Assembly: GCA_028715115.1 (NCBI GenBank)
Contig: JAQUSN010000001.1
Span: 191,067 to 255,066, forward strand
DNA: 64,000 nt
Source of the DNA: Patescibacteria group bacterium
GTDB lineage: Bacteria > Patescibacteriota > Patescibacteriia > UBA2591 > UBA4787
Reading direction: 5' to 3'
Part shown: in pieces, positions 1 to 11,438 of the stretch
Numbering within the stretch: the stretch's first letter is position 1
How the letters are laid out: the number at the start of each line of letters is the position of its first letter
Translations under genes and position numbers: made by a program
Notes under the pieces: generated by a model
Databases searched by the model: none
What the model was told of the DNA's origin: nothing
The model's input: the letters and a program-made list of their open reading frames with translations, nothing else

Positions 1-2577
1 TTCTTCCGACTCTTTTTTGGTTAAAGTAATGCCCTGTTTGTCTCCGCAGTCTTCTTCACGAATAACCACGTCTTGCGAGACATCAACCATACGCCTGGTC
101 AAATAACCAGCGCTGGCGGTTCTTAGGGCCGTATCAGACGTACCCTTACGGGCACCGTGAGTAGAAATAAAATATTCTAATTCATTGAAACCTTCTTTAT
201 AAGAACTCTTAATCGGCAACTCGATTAAGCGGCCTGTCGGAGACGAAACAATGCCCTTCATACCAAGCATTTGAGTTAATTGCGTCCAAGAACCCCGAGC
301 GCCCGACTCAATCATACTTAAAACCGAACCATATGGATCAAGAGTTTTGCGGCAAAGATTGGTAATTTTATCTTTGACTTGCATCCAAGTTTCAATATTT
401 TTCATATAACGTTCATCTTCGGCCAGTAGCCCCATTTCATATTGATGTTGAATCTCGTCAATTCTTTTCTCGGCGGCTTCGAGGATCTCTTTTTTGCCTG
501 GAATATCCGGCAAGTCGTCCATACCCCAGGACAAGCCTGACTCGGTCAAATATTTCAAAGTTAATTCTTTAATATCATCTAATAAGTCTACTGTTCTTTC
601 TTGGCCGTATTTTTCCATACACTTCATAATCAGTTCTTTTAAAACTTTTTTATCAACCACTTTGTCTAAGTTATAAACATCGGTCGGAAAAATGGAATTG
701 AAAATCAAACGGCCAATGCTGATTTCTTTAATCTCTTTGCCAAAACGAATTTTTACTTTTTCTTGTAGATTAATTTTTTTCAAATCATAAGCAATCTGCG
801 CTTGACCAACGTCGGAAAAAACTTTAATTTTATCAGCTGGCTGAATGTCGCGAATAGTCGTTAAATACCAAGCACCCCAAACCATGTCCTTAGATGGCAC
901 AACGATCGGTTCACCGGTGGCCGGTTTTAATAAGTTCTTAGATGATAAAATTATGTCCGCCGCTTCTTTGACGCCTTGCTCGGTAATTGGCACATGCACG
1001 GCCATTTGGTCGCCGTCAAAGTCGGCGTTAAAGGCCGCGCAAACTAAAGGATGAATTTGGATGGCCTTGCCTTCAATTAAAACTGGCTTAAAGGCCTGAA
1101 CTGAAAGGCGATGTAAAGTTGGCGCACGATTTAAAAATACGTAAGCCCCTTTAATGATTTCTTCTAAAATATCCCAGACTTCTTTAGCGCCTGATTCTAT
1201 ATAACGATTGGCACTGCGGACATTGTGAACAATGCCTTGTTTAATAAGCTGAGAAACAACAAATGGTCTGAATAATTCCACTGCCATAATCTTTGGCAGG
1301 CCGCATTGATATAATTTTAAGTGCGGACCAACCACGATAACGCTGCGGCCAGAATAGTCAACGCGTTTACCAAGCAAGTTTTGACGGAAACGACCTTCTT
1401 TCCCCTTTAAGATATCGGCTAAAGATTTTAAAGATCTTCGTTGGCCGGTCGAAGCGATAACGGTTTTACCAGATCTCATTTCGTTATCAATTAAAGCATC
1501 AACTGCTTCTTGTAACATTCTTTTTTCGTTGCGCAAAATAACTTCCGGCGCATGTAAATCTTTTAATCTTTTTAAACGATTATTGCGGTTAATGACGCGG
1601 CGGTATAAATCATTCAAATCAGAAGAAGCAAATCGTCCACCGTCTAGCTGGACCATTGGTCTTAAGTCCGGCGGAATAACTGGGATAACATTCATAATCA
1701 TCCACTCTGGTTTAATGTTCTGGGCTACCAAATTTTTAATTAATTTTAGCCGTTGGATAATTTTTTTCTTTTTAGCCAAAAGCAACGTTCTCTTTTTTCG
1801 TTTTTCAAGATCAACTACCATGGTTTTTAAGTCGAGCTTTCGCAACATTTTAAGCAAGGATTCGGCGCCAATGCCGGCTTCAAATAAATGACCATATTTC
1901 AGCGAAAGGTCGCGATATTTTATTTCTGAAATAATGTTACCGACCTCGATTTCTTCGATTTCTTTTTTAACTGTTTGATATTGTTTAGTGAATTCTTCTG
2001 ATTGTTTATTAAAATCATTCACCTTGTCGCCAAGTTCTTTTTTTAATAATTTCTTTTTGGTTTTGAATTCGTCTTCCAGCTGAGACTTAATTTCCTTTTT
2101 TAATTCTTCTTTCACGTCCGTAATGATAAAGTTCGCGAAGTAAACAACTTTTTCTAGGGCCTGGCCGGAAAGGTCGAGCAATAAACCAATGCGCGAAGGA
2201 ATGCTGCGTAAAAACCAAATGTGAGTAACTGGCGCAGCCAAAGTAATGTGCCCCATTCTCTCGCGGCGAACCAAAGATCTGGTTACTTCTACGCCACAGC
2301 GGTCGCAAACAATACCTCTAAATCTGACTTTTTTGTATTTGCCGCAAGAACACTCCCAATCTTTAACCGGGCCGAAAATCTTTTCGCAAAACAAACCTTC
2401 TCTCTCAGGTTTTTGCGTACGATAATTAATGGTCTCAGGCAAAAGAACTTCGCCATAAGACCAAGCTAAAATATCCTGCGGAGAGGCTAATCTCAGTCTA
2501 ATAGCGTCGAAATTAATCATGGGCCGAGCCATTTCGGTCGGGAGAATTAATGTTTTTGTTGAACCTGGTAATGACAT
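1..2577 (-). CDS. rpoC: DNA-directed RNA polymerase subunit beta' (C-terminal part outside window)
   Basis: Minus-strand ORF starting at ATG 2575-2577 and running off the window start. Its translation MSLPGSTKTLILPTEMARPMINFDAIRLRLASPQDI...CEKIFGPVKDWECSCGKYKK...CDRCGVEV is the RpoC N-terminus with the Cys4 zinc finger. It lies directly downstream of rpoB. It is absent from the ORF track because no stop codon falls inside the window. Confidence 0.9.
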   Translation of the reverse strand, partial: MSLPGSTKTLILPTEMARPMINFDAIRLRLASPQDILAWSYGEVLLPETINYRTQKPEREGLFCEKIFGPVKDWECSCGKYKKVRFRGIVCDRCGVEVTRSLVRRERMGHITLAAPVTHIWFLRSIPSRIGLLLDLSGQALEKVVYFANFIITDVKEELKKEIKSQLEDEFKTKKKLLKKELGDKVNDFNKQSEEFTKQYQTVKKEIEEIEVGNIISEIKYRDLSLKYGHLFEAGIGAESLLKMLRKLDLKTMVVDLEKRKKRTLLLAKKKKIIQRLKLIKNLVAQNIKPEWMIMNVIPVIPPDLRPMVQLDGGRFASSDLNDLYRRVINRNNRLKRLKDLHAPEVILRNEKRMLQEAVDALIDNEMRSGKTVIASTGQRRSLKSLADILKGKEGRFRQNLLGKRVDYSGRSVIVVGPHLKLYQCGLPKIMAVELFRPFVVSQLIKQGIVHNVRSANRYIESGAKEVWDILEEIIKGAYVFLNRAPTLHRLSVQAFKPVLIEGKAIQIHPLVCAAFNADFDGDQMAVHVPITEQGVKEAADIILSSKNLLKPATGEPIVVPSKDMVWGAWYLTTIRDIQPADKIKVFSDVGQAQIAYDLKKINLQEKVKIRFGKEIKEISIGRLIFNSIFPTDVYNLDKVVDKKVLKELIMKCMEKYGQERTVDLLDDIKELTLKYLTESGLSWGMDDLPDIPGKKEILEAAEKRIDEIQHQYEMGLLAEDERYMKNIETWMQVKDKITNLCRKTLDPYGSVLSMIESGARGSWTQLTQMLGMKGIVSSPTGRLIELPIKSSYKEGFNELEYFISTHGARKGTSDTALRTASAGYLTRRMVDVSQDVVIREEDCGDKQGITLTKKESEE

Positions 2578-2615
2578 ATAATTATAATTTCTAATTTTTA
2601 ATTTTCAATTATTAA

Positions 2616-5600
2616 TTATTTTTTATTTTCCGATTCGTTTAGGCCGATTTTTTTACCGTCTTTCATTAATTCAACGTTTAATCCCAGACCTTTTAATTCG
2701 CGGACTAAAACGCTAAATGATTCTGGCAGGTTAATTTCTTTAATTGGCTCGCCCCGAATAATCGATTCGTAGGCCCGAGTACGTCCCGGCACATCATCTG
2801 ATTTAATCGTTAACATTTCTTGTAAAGTATAAGCCGCGCCATAGCCTTCGAGCGCCCAGACTTCCATTTCACCAAAACGTTGGCCGCCAAATTGCGCCTT
2901 ACCGCCCAACGGCTGCTGGGTAATAAGTGAATATGGACCAATCGAACGTTGATGAATTTTATCTTCAACAAGGTGATTTAGTTTCATCATATAAATATAA
3001 CCAACAGTAGTTTTTTCTTTAAACGGCTCCCCGTTTCGGCCATCGTAAAGTGTAATTTTCCCTGATTGTGGAAAATTAATTTTCTTAAGTTCCTGTTTAA
3101 TCATTTCTTCGGTCACACCGGCTAGGGCAGGTGAAGCGGCTTTATAGCCCAACTTTTTGGCGGCAATGCCGAGGTGGGTTTCTAAAATTTGACCAAGATT
3201 CATTCTGGAGACCACGCCAAGCGGATTTAAAATAATATCAACCGGCGTACCATCGGCTAAATAAGGCATATCTTCTTCGGCAACTACGCGAGAAACCACG
3301 CCCTTATTGCCGTGACGCCCGGCCATTTTATCGCCAACCTGAATTTTTCTTAGATCAGCCACCAAAATTTGGATTGATTTGGTCACGCCTGAGGATAGTT
3401 TATCGCCTTGCTCTCGCGAGAAAATTTTCACACCGATAACTTTGCCATGCTCGCCGTGTTCAAGATATAAAGATGAGTCGCGTACATCTTTGGCTTTTTC
3501 TCCAAAAATAGCGCGCAATAATTTCTCTTCAGCTGATAGTTCGGTTTCGCCCTTGGGCGTAATCTTGCCGACTAAAATATCGCCAGACTTTACTTCCGCG
3601 CCTACGTAAACGATTCCTTCTTCGTCAAGATTTTTTAATTTTTCTTCGCCGACGTTTGGTATGTCGCGAGCAATCATCTCTGGACCAAGCTTTGTTTCGC
3701 GAACCTCAACAACGTGTTCGTCAATGTGAATTGAACTTAAAATATGATCTTTGACTAAGCGCGAAGAAATTAAAATCGCGTCTTCATAGTTTCCACCCTC
3801 CCAAGACATAAACGCGACTAAAATATTGGTTCCCAATGCTAATTCTCCTTGGTCGGTAGAAGCGCCATCGGCTAAGACATCACCGCGCTTAACGTTTTGT
3901 CCTTTATGGACAACTGGCGCTTGTGAAAAACAAGTATCGGCGTTGGAACGAATAAATTTTTCTAACTCATAAACGTCTTCGCCGCCGGCGTTTCTTTTAA
4001 CTACAACATGGGCGCCATCAACTTCGCTGACCTCGCCCGCTTCTTTGACTAAAATAACGTGACCAGTGTCGCGAGCAACCTTACCCTCAATGCCAGTACC
4101 AACCAAAGGTGACTCCGGTTTAATCAAAGGCACGGCCTGTCTTTGCATATTAGAACCCATAAGCGCGCGAGTAGCGTCGTCATGCTCAAGAAAAGGAATT
4201 AAAGAGGTGGCCACACTGACAATCTGATTAGGAGCCACGTCAATGTAATCTACTTCTTTGGCAGAACAAAAGCCGGGACGACCGTAAATTCGTCCCTCTA
4301 CTCTGGTGTCAATAATTCTGCCTTTGTCGTCTGATTGGGTTGAAAAAGAAGCAATAATATGTCTTTCTTCTTCTAGAGCGTTTAAATAAACTACTTCTTC
4401 AGTTAGTTGCCCGTTTTTTACTTTGCGATAGGGTGTTTCGATAAAGCCATATTCATTGAGCCGCGCGTAACAAGACAAGTGTCCGACTAAACCGACGTTC
4501 GGGCCTTCTGGAGTAGCAATCGGACAAATGCGGCCATAGTAAGTGCGGTGCACGTCGCGAATTTCGAAACCGGCTCTTTCTTTGGCTAAACCGCCCGGAC
4601 CAGTAACGGTCAAACGACGTTTATGTTCCAGCTCGGCCAAAGGATTAATCTGGTCCATAAATTGTGATAGTTGGCTGGACATAAAAAACTCTCGAATGAC
4701 ACCGACTATCGGGCGCGAATTAATTAATTGATTGGGTGCCAAATCGCGAACATCAATTGTACTCATTCTGTCGCGAATAATTCTTTGCAGTCTCATCATG
4801 CCTACGCGCATGCGACTTTGGGTTAATTCACCCGCGGCGCGAATGCGGCGGTTAGACAAATGATCAATATCGTCCGGCTCTTCTTGAGCAATATTTAAAC
4901 GAATAATTTCTGACATAATAGCCACTAAGTCTTCTGGCTGTAAAACTCTAGCCTCGACTTCTTTGACTTGTTTAGAAAAAGGCCACTTACCCTGTTCGGC
5001 TAATAATTTATAACGCTGATTAATTTTATAACGACCAACTGCTGATAAATCATATCTGTTAGAATTAAAAAACATCGCCTGGATTAATGATTTAGCATTA
5101 TCTGGTGTAGCTAATTCTCCTGGGCGGATTTTGCGATAAATTTCAATCAAGCCTTCATCTTCGGAAGCAGAAGGATCTTTCTCTATGGTTGAATTCATGT
5201 ATTTAACATCTGGATCAATGTCTAATTTTTTGAATAAATCTAGAATTTCCTGGTCGCTACCAAAGCCAAAGGCGCGTAAAAGCGAAGTGGCAACCGCCTT
5301 GCGCTGTCTATCAATACGCACCCAAATAACGTGATTGGCGTCGGTTTCAAATTCAAGCCAAGCGCCTCGTTCGGGGATAATCTTGGCGCCATAAAAAAAC
5401 CGCCCGCGAATGTTTTCTCTTGTGAAATACACGCCGGGCGATCTAATGAGCTGATTTACGATAACTCGCTCAATGCCATTGATAATAAAGGTGCCTCGAT
5501 CAGTCATCAAAGGAATATCTCCAAAATAGACCTCTTGGTCTACTTTTTTGCCGCTTTTCTTATTGATTAGGCGGGCCTTTACTTTTAGGGCCGCTTCATA

Positions 5601-5825
5601 AGTAAGATTACGGGCCTTGGAAACTCGTTCGTCGAATTTGGGTTCATCTAAATAACAATCAAGAAGGTGGAGTTCTAAGTTTCGGCCAACGAAATCAGTA
5701 ATAGGCGAGAACTCGCGCAATAATTCTTTTAGTCCCCTTTTTAAAAACCACTGATAGGAGTTTTTCTGGACTTCGACTAAGTCCGGAAGTTGGGTTGTTT
5801 TGAAAGGCGCAAGAAAAGTTCTCAT
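2616..5825 (-). CDS. rpoB: DNA-directed RNA polymerase subunit beta
   Basis: 1069-aa ORF with hallmark RpoB segments (GPGGL, NMQRQAVP, rifampicin-region motifs, C-terminal GQRFGEMEVWALEAYGAA). It sits in the rpoB-rpoC order. Confidence 0.95.
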   Translation of the reverse strand: MRTFLAPFKTTQLPDLVEVQKNSYQWFLKRGLKELLREFSPITDFVGRNLELHLLDCYLDEPKFDERVSKARNLTYEAALKVKARLINKKSGKKVDQEVYFGDIPLMTDRGTFIINGIERVIVNQLIRSPGVYFTRENIRGRFFYGAKIIPERGAWLEFETDANHVIWVRIDRQRKAVATSLLRAFGFGSDQEILDLFKKLDIDPDVKYMNSTIEKDPSASEDEGLIEIYRKIRPGELATPDNAKSLIQAMFFNSNRYDLSAVGRYKINQRYKLLAEQGKWPFSKQVKEVEARVLQPEDLVAIMSEIIRLNIAQEEPDDIDHLSNRRIRAAGELTQSRMRVGMMRLQRIIRDRMSTIDVRDLAPNQLINSRPIVGVIREFFMSSQLSQFMDQINPLAELEHKRRLTVTGPGGLAKERAGFEIRDVHRTYYGRICPIATPEGPNVGLVGHLSCYARLNEYGFIETPYRKVKNGQLTEEVVYLNALEEERHIIASFSTQSDDKGRIIDTRVEGRIYGRPGFCSAKEVDYIDVAPNQIVSVATSLIPFLEHDDATRALMGSNMQRQAVPLIKPESPLVGTGIEGKVARDTGHVILVKEAGEVSEVDGAHVVVKRNAGGEDVYELEKFIRSNADTCFSQAPVVHKGQNVKRGDVLADGASTDQGELALGTNILVAFMSWEGGNYEDAILISSRLVKDHILSSIHIDEHVVEVRETKLGPEMIARDIPNVGEEKLKNLDEEGIVYVGAEVKSGDILVGKITPKGETELSAEEKLLRAIFGEKAKDVRDSSLYLEHGEHGKVIGVKIFSREQGDKLSSGVTKSIQILVADLRKIQVGDKMAGRHGNKGVVSRVVAEEDMPYLADGTPVDIILNPLGVVSRMNLGQILETHLGIAAKKLGYKAASPALAGVTEEMIKQELKKINFPQSGKITLYDGRNGEPFKEKTTVGYIYMMKLNHLVEDKIHQRSIGPYSLITQQPLGGKAQFGGQRFGEMEVWALEGYGAAYTLQEMLTIKSDDVPGRTRAYESIIRGEPIKEINLPESFSVLVRELKGLGLNVELMKDGKKIGLNESENKK

Positions 5826-6016
5826 AAAATATATTTAAAATGAATTATGAATAATTTTTATAAGCAGCAAAAATTCCTCTCGCCACAAAATGAGCTGAGA
5901 GGTTTGAAGTAGTTTTAATTGTTTACCTAGAAAAATACATTTAGGGCGAAACGTTCGCTAAACGATTAATATTTTCTAGAAAACCTAGAAAATAGACTAC
6001 TAGGTCAGTGCTATAT

Positions 6017-6044
6017 ATTTTAGTGATTTTTACTTATTTGTCAA
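6017..6044 (-). promoter_or_regulatory. sigma70-type promoter for rpoB-rpoC (TTGACA-16-TAAAAT on minus strand)
   Basis: The reverse complement of 6017-6044 reads TTGACAaataagtaaaaatcacTAAAAT. It lies about 190 nt upstream of the rpoB ATG. Confidence 0.6.
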
Positions 6045-6223
6045 GCTAGAATGTCGAGTTTTCCACAGATTTTCCGACCCTTAGGCCATAAACCCTTGAA
6101 AAATTTATTATTTTTGATAGACTAAGATTCTATAATAATCAACCGAAAAGATTAAGAAATTTAATTAGCCCTTAATCTTTGGCCGGTTATTAAAATTATT
6201 ATATAAAGAGGACAATATTTAAT

Positions 6224-7300
6224 ATGCCTACAAAATTAAAAAGCAAAACCGACCACGATATATCTGAAGCTTCGGATATTAATTTCCCGAAAATAAACGA
6301 TTTATTGGAAGGAACGGTGGTCGAAATTAAAAGAAATGAAGTCTACCTTGATTTAAGCGGTTCAGCAACCGGTTTGGTTCGCGGCCCGGAACTAGAAGAT
6401 GAGTTAGGTGAATATTCTAATTTAAAAGTTGGCGACCAGGTAATGGCCACTGTTATTGATACTGATAACGAAAAAGGCTTGGTAGAGCTATCTTTCCGTC
6501 ATGCCGGCCACATCAAGGCCTGGAAAAAACTCCAGGAAATCATGAGTGAAAAGAATTTAATCGAGGTAAAAGTAACGGGCGCTAATGCCGGTGGATTAAT
6601 CATTCAATACGGCAAATTAAACGGATTTCTGCCCACCTCGCAGCTAGGATTTGATCATTTTCCTCGTGTAGAAAATGGCGACCGCAATAAAATCTTAGAA
6701 ATTCTTAAAAAGTACGTTAATCAAACCTTTAAGGTTAAAATCATTGGTCTGTCTGAAGAAGAAAACAAGCTTATTGTAAGCGAAAAAGAAGTGGCCAAAA
6801 CAGCCAGGGGCGGCAAAGAATTTAAAATCGGAGACCAAGTTGAAGGAGAAGTCCAGGGATTGGTAGATTTTGGCGCTTTTATTAAATTTGACGGCCAAGA
6901 AGGCCTGTGCCACATATCAGAAATTGCTTGGCGACGACTTGATCATCCGTCAGACATCTTAAAAATTCACGATAAGGTCAAAGCTGAAATTATCGGTATG
7001 GAAGACGGTCGATTTTCGCTCTCCATTAAAAAACTATTACCCGATCCTTGGTCGAAAATAAACGAAAAGTATAAAATTGGACAAGGAGTTGATTGTAAGA
7101 TCTTAAAAATTAATCCCTTCGGTTTCTTTGTTGAACTTGACCCGGAAATCCACGGCTTGGTCCATGTCTCCGAGTTTCCTGACGATCAAAAAGATCCGTC
7201 AAAACTAGCCAAGGTTGGTGATATAATGAAGTTTCGAATAATTTCTATTGAACCCGAAGATCACCGCCTAGGATTAAGCCTGAAAGACCTTAAAGAATAA
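6224..7300 (+). CDS. rpsA: 30S ribosomal protein S1-like protein (four S1 RNA-binding domains, short form)
   Basis: Repeated S1-domain signatures (GxxVxGxVxxxxxFGAFV...G..GL.HISE). Confidence 0.75.
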   Translation: MPTKLKSKTDHDISEASDINFPKINDLLEGTVVEIKRNEVYLDLSGSATGLVRGPELEDELGEYSNLKVGDQVMATVIDTDNEKGLVELSFRHAGHIKAWKKLQEIMSEKNLIEVKVTGANAGGLIIQYGKLNGFLPTSQLGFDHFPRVENGDRNKILEILKKYVNQTFKVKIIGLSEEENKLIVSEKEVAKTARGGKEFKIGDQVEGEVQGLVDFGAFIKFDGQEGLCHISEIAWRRLDHPSDILKIHDKVKAEIIGMEDGRFSLSIKKLLPDPWSKINEKYKIGQGVDCKILKINPFGFFVELDPEIHGLVHVSEFPDDQKDPSKLAKVGDIMKFRIISIEPEDHRLGLSLKDLKE

Positions 7301-7375
7301 AACGGTTTAATCTCTTTAAAGATATTGACTTTGCTCGTGGAGAAAATTTGTTAAAACTTTCATTAAATTTTGCTT

Positions 7376-9193
7376 ATGAAAATATTATTGAAAAATTTTC
7401 TTATCTTTTTGATAATTTTTTTAATATTAGCTGGCGTTTTGAGTTTATTGGGATCGTCTGGCGCTAAAACCGAACAAATTTCTGTTAGCCAGTTGGTGAC
7501 CGAGGTTTCTACCGGCCAAGTAAAAACCATTGCTTTAACCGGCAACCGCCTAGACGTTGTTTTGAATAATGGCCAACGTCAATTAGCCTACAAAGGAGAT
7601 GGCGACTTTATCGCGCTCTTAAAAAATTACGGAGTCGATCAAAATAAATTAAATTCTTTTGAGTTCCAGGTAAAAAACAGTTCTGGTCAGAGCATTTGGG
7701 CCACTACGATTTTGCCGATCGGTATACCGCTTATTTTTATAATCGGTTTTTTTGTTTTTCTACAACGGCAAATGCGCGGCGCCGGCAACCAAGCTTTTAA
7801 GTTTGGCGAAAGCCAGGCCAGAGAAATAGGTCCGCTGGATAAAAAAACTAAAATCACCTTTAAGGATGTAGCCGGAGTAAGCGAGGCTAAGTCAGAATTA
7901 GGCGAAATTATTGAATTCTTAAAAAATCCCCGAAAATTCATTAATTTAGGAGCAAAAATTCCTAAGGGCGTACTTTTGGTCGGCGGTCCGGGCACGGGCA
8001 AAACCCTATTAGCTCGAGCTGTGGCTGGAGAAGCTAATGTGCCATTTTTCCATATATCCGGATCTGAATTTGTGGAAATGTTTGTCGGTGTCGGCGCTAG
8101 CCGAGTGCGCGATTTATTCCGCCGAGCTAAAAAAAATCTGCCTTGTATTATTTTTATCGACGAAATCGACGCTGTTGGCCGCCAACGCGGCGCCGGATTG
8201 GGCGGCTCACATGATGAACGAGAACAAACTTTAAACCAAATTTTAGTAGAGCTCGACGGTTTTGAACCCAACATTGGATTAGTGGTGATGGCCGCTACTA
8301 ATCGACCTGATATTTTAGATCCGGCACTACTGCGGCCCGGCCGTTTTGATCGTAAGGTTATTTTAGATATGCCGAGCATTAAAGACCGCGAAGAAATTTT
8401 AAAAATTCATAGCCAAAATAAACCCTTGGCATCGACTGTAAATCTAAAAAAAGTAGCTGAACGTACTCCTGGTTTTTCTGGCGCTGATTTATCAAATTTA
8501 ATGAACGAGGCGGCCATTTTAACCGCCCGGCGCAATAAAAACAAAATCGGCCAATTAGAAATTTTAGAAAGCATTGAAAAGGTTTTGCTCGGCCCAGAAC
8601 GTCGTAGTCGCGTTTTTAGTGAAAAAGAGCGCGAGATTAGCGCTTATCATGAAGCAGGACACGCTTTAGTGGCTCATGAACTGCCTGGTTGCGATAAAGT
8701 CCAAAAAGTTTCCATCATTTCTCGCGGCCAAGCCGGCGGTTATACTTTAATTACGCCCGAAGAAGACAAATATTTAAAAAATAAAAATGAATTTTTAGAC
8801 AACGTAGCCGGACTTTTAGGTGGATTTGTAGCCGAAGAAGAAACTTTTAAACAAACCACTACTGGTTCGAGCAGTGACCTCAAAAAAGCCACCGACCTAA
8901 TTAAAAGAATGGTTACCCAATTTGGCATGAGTGATCTTTTGGGCCCTCGAACTTTTGGCGAAAAAGAAGAACTAATTTTTCTGGGTCGCGAAATCAGCGA
9001 ACAACGTGATTATTCAGAAAAAACAGCTCAATTAATTGACGAGGAAGTGTCTAAATTAATAACTTTATGCTATAATAAAGCCAAGGAAATCGTTAAAAAC
9101 AAAAAGGCTTATTTAGAAAAAATAGCTAAATTGCTTTTAGAAAAAGAAACTTTGGAAAAAAATGAGTTTGAAAAAATATTTACTACTCCTTAA
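7376..9193 (+). CDS. ftsH: ATP-dependent zinc metalloprotease FtsH
   Basis: N-terminal TM segments, Walker A GPPGTGKT, SRH region, and zinc-binding HEAGHAL motif. The track start at 7370 is a TTG; the ATG at 7376 is more likely. Confidence 0.93.
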   Translation: MKILLKNFLIFLIIFLILAGVLSLLGSSGAKTEQISVSQLVTEVSTGQVKTIALTGNRLDVVLNNGQRQLAYKGDGDFIALLKNYGVDQNKLNSFEFQVKNSSGQSIWATTILPIGIPLIFIIGFFVFLQRQMRGAGNQAFKFGESQAREIGPLDKKTKITFKDVAGVSEAKSELGEIIEFLKNPRKFINLGAKIPKGVLLVGGPGTGKTLLARAVAGEANVPFFHISGSEFVEMFVGVGASRVRDLFRRAKKNLPCIIFIDEIDAVGRQRGAGLGGSHDEREQTLNQILVELDGFEPNIGLVVMAATNRPDILDPALLRPGRFDRKVILDMPSIKDREEILKIHSQNKPLASTVNLKKVAERTPGFSGADLSNLMNEAAILTARRNKNKIGQLEILESIEKVLLGPERRSRVFSEKEREISAYHEAGHALVAHELPGCDKVQKVSIISRGQAGGYTLITPEEDKYLKNKNEFLDNVAGLLGGFVAEEETFKQTTTGSSSDLKKATDLIKRMVTQFGMSDLLGPRTFGEKEELIFLGREISEQRDYSEKTAQLIDEEVSKLITLCYNKAKEIVKNKKAYLEKIAKLLLEKETLEKNEFEKIFTTP

Positions 9194-9200
9194 TTAGTTT

Positions 9201-10100
9201 ATGTTAAAATCTCTTATTAAAACCTCCTGGCAAATTGTTTGGCAAAATCCTATTTTGTGGATTTTTGGCTTTTTTAGTACGATTTTAACCGGCAATGAAA
9301 TTAGTTTTGTTGTCAATAATTTTCAAAATTTTTCCAATAGCTTTAATAATAACTCTGTTTTAACCCAAATCACTGGCTTTAATTTTTCATCAACCCCGCT
9401 TCGTTGGTGGGGCCTTTTGTTAATTATTATTTTCTTTTTGATTTTACTATTTCTGGTGGTCTGGTCGCAGGTTGGATTAATTTTGGGCGCTAAACAGCAG
9501 ACTAGCGGCGCTAGGCCTAATTTTAAAGAAATCATGAAACGAATTGGCCACTATTTCCTGCCTTCTTTTTTGATTAATTTTGCCGCTTTAATTATTGTTT
9601 ACGTGGTTTTTGCTGTTATTAGAGTTTCTTTGGTTAGCCTCGTTTATTCTAATCATTTAATTTGGCCTGTTCTTTATTTTTTTATTAATTTAATTTTATT
9701 TATACCTATTTCTTTAATTGTTTATTTTCTTGCTCGCTTTGCTGTGATTAATTTAGTTCTAACCGACGATCCTTTTATGGCCAGCCTTAAAAAGTCTTGG
9801 AAATTTTTATTTAAAAGCTGGTTAACAGTTCTTATTTTGGTTGTTGTTTGGGGTTTAATTGGTTTTGTTTTTGGCTTAATCTTGTTTGTTTTATCATCAA
9901 CCACAGCTGCTCCGTTTGTTATTTTGGTCGCCCTAACTTCTTTGTTAAAATTTAATATGAGTTTTCCACTGGTTTTAGGCATTATATTATTTTTAATTGG
10001 GATTATTTTTGTTTTTTTGGAAGCTTTGTTTTTCTCTTGGCAAAACACGTCTTGGATCCTGTTTTATTTGGGGAAAAAGAGTGAGCAAAAAACTTCCTAA
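9201..10100 (+). CDS. Polytopic membrane protein of unknown function
   Basis: 299-aa highly hydrophobic ORF with many predicted TM helices, AT-rich native composition, immediately after ftsH. Confidence 0.5.
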   Translation: MLKSLIKTSWQIVWQNPILWIFGFFSTILTGNEISFVVNNFQNFSNSFNNNSVLTQITGFNFSSTPLRWWGLLLIIIFFLILLFLVVWSQVGLILGAKQQTSGARPNFKEIMKRIGHYFLPSFLINFAALIIVYVVFAVIRVSLVSLVYSNHLIWPVLYFFINLILFIPISLIVYFLARFAVINLVLTDDPFMASLKKSWKFLFKSWLTVLILVVVWGLIGFVFGLILFVLSSTTAAPFVILVALTSLLKFNMSFPLVLGIILFLIGIIFVFLEALFFSWQNTSWILFYLGKKSEQKTS

Positions 10101-10221
10101 AATCCTTGATTTTGCTATAATATACCTATCTTTTCCATATTTCCACCTACTTATTATTATTACTAATTTATAATATATAAATAGATTATAATACAACAGT
10201 GAAAATTTTCTAAGAAGTTTT

Positions 10222-11334
10222 ATGAAATTAACAGTTCTGCAAGAAAACTTAAATAAAATTTTATCTCAACTTAGTCGTTTAACAAGCACAAAGGCGACTT
10301 TGCCAATTTTAAATAACGTTTTAATTGAAGCCGAAAAAGGAGTTTTGAAATTAAGCACGACCAATTTAGAAATAGCGATTAGTACTCAAATTAGGGCTAA
10401 AGTAGAAAGGGAGGCGAAAATAACCATTCCTTGCCAAATTTTTGCCAACTTTGTTAATTTATTAGATAAGGGTCCGATAGATATCGAGCTTTTAGAAAGC
10501 AATGAAGTTAGCTTGAAGTCAAAAAATAGCGTAACTAAAATAAAGGGCACGGTGGCCGAAGAATTTCCAATTATTCCTCAAGTAGATCATAAAAATTTTT
10601 TCAAAGTTAACGCCCTAGATTTAAAGCAAGCTCTAGATAAGGTTGCTTTTACCGTTTCGCCAAACGAAACGCGCGCTGAAATTAGTGGTGTTTTATTTTC
10701 CTTTAACCCAGAAAACGACATTTTAACCCTAGTCGGCACCGATAGTTATCGTTTAGCAGAGAAAAGTTTTAAGGTTATCGAATCTAATATTAAAGAATCG
10801 CACAGCCTAATTGTTCCGGCGCGAACAATTCAAGAATTAAGTCGGATCGTCGAAGAAAAAGGAGTAATTGAAATTTATTTTGCCGAAAATCAAGTTTTAT
10901 TCATCTATGAAGCTACAGAAATAATTTCGCGTATTATAAATGGCGAATATCCCGACTATCGGCAAATTATTCCTCAAACTTTTGCCACTCGCGCCCTAAT
11001 GGAGAAAGAAGCTCTTTTAAGGGCGGTTAAGGCTGTTAGTCTATTCACTAAAATTGGTTTAAATGACATTAATTTAAAATTCCAGGCTAGCGGCGACAAA
11101 ACCATTGTTTCTTCTTTAAATAGTCAGGTGGGCGAAAGCCAGATTGACTTAAAGGCAGAAATAAAAGGCGAAGACAATGAGATTATTTTTAATTATCGAT
11201 ATTTATTGGATGGACTTTTAAATATTGGCGGCGATGAAGTGAGTTTAAATATTGTTAATGACAATTCGGCGGCAGTTATAACCTCACCAACCGAAAAGGA
11301 CTATTTGTATTTGGTTATGCCTATTAAAAAATAA
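10222..11334 (+). CDS. dnaN: DNA polymerase III beta sliding clamp
   Basis: 370 aa. It opens MKLTVLQENL... and shows a three-domain clamp-like repeat pattern with the right length. Confidence 0.8.
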   Translation: MKLTVLQENLNKILSQLSRLTSTKATLPILNNVLIEAEKGVLKLSTTNLEIAISTQIRAKVEREAKITIPCQIFANFVNLLDKGPIDIELLESNEVSLKSKNSVTKIKGTVAEEFPIIPQVDHKNFFKVNALDLKQALDKVAFTVSPNETRAEISGVLFSFNPENDILTLVGTDSYRLAEKSFKVIESNIKESHSLIVPARTIQELSRIVEEKGVIEIYFAENQVLFIYEATEIISRIINGEYPDYRQIIPQTFATRALMEKEALLRAVKAVSLFTKIGLNDINLKFQASGDKTIVSSLNSQVGESQIDLKAEIKGEDNEIIFNYRYLLDGLLNIGGDEVSLNIVNDNSAAVITSPTEKDYLYLVMPIKK

Positions 11335-11438
11335 TCATTATTAATTTTTTTATTTTGCCGGTGGCTAAAACCATTTTAGGCAAAACAAAGGTCGTCCCAT
11401 TTTTATTTAATCCTTAAAAAGGATTAAGAGGTAATACT

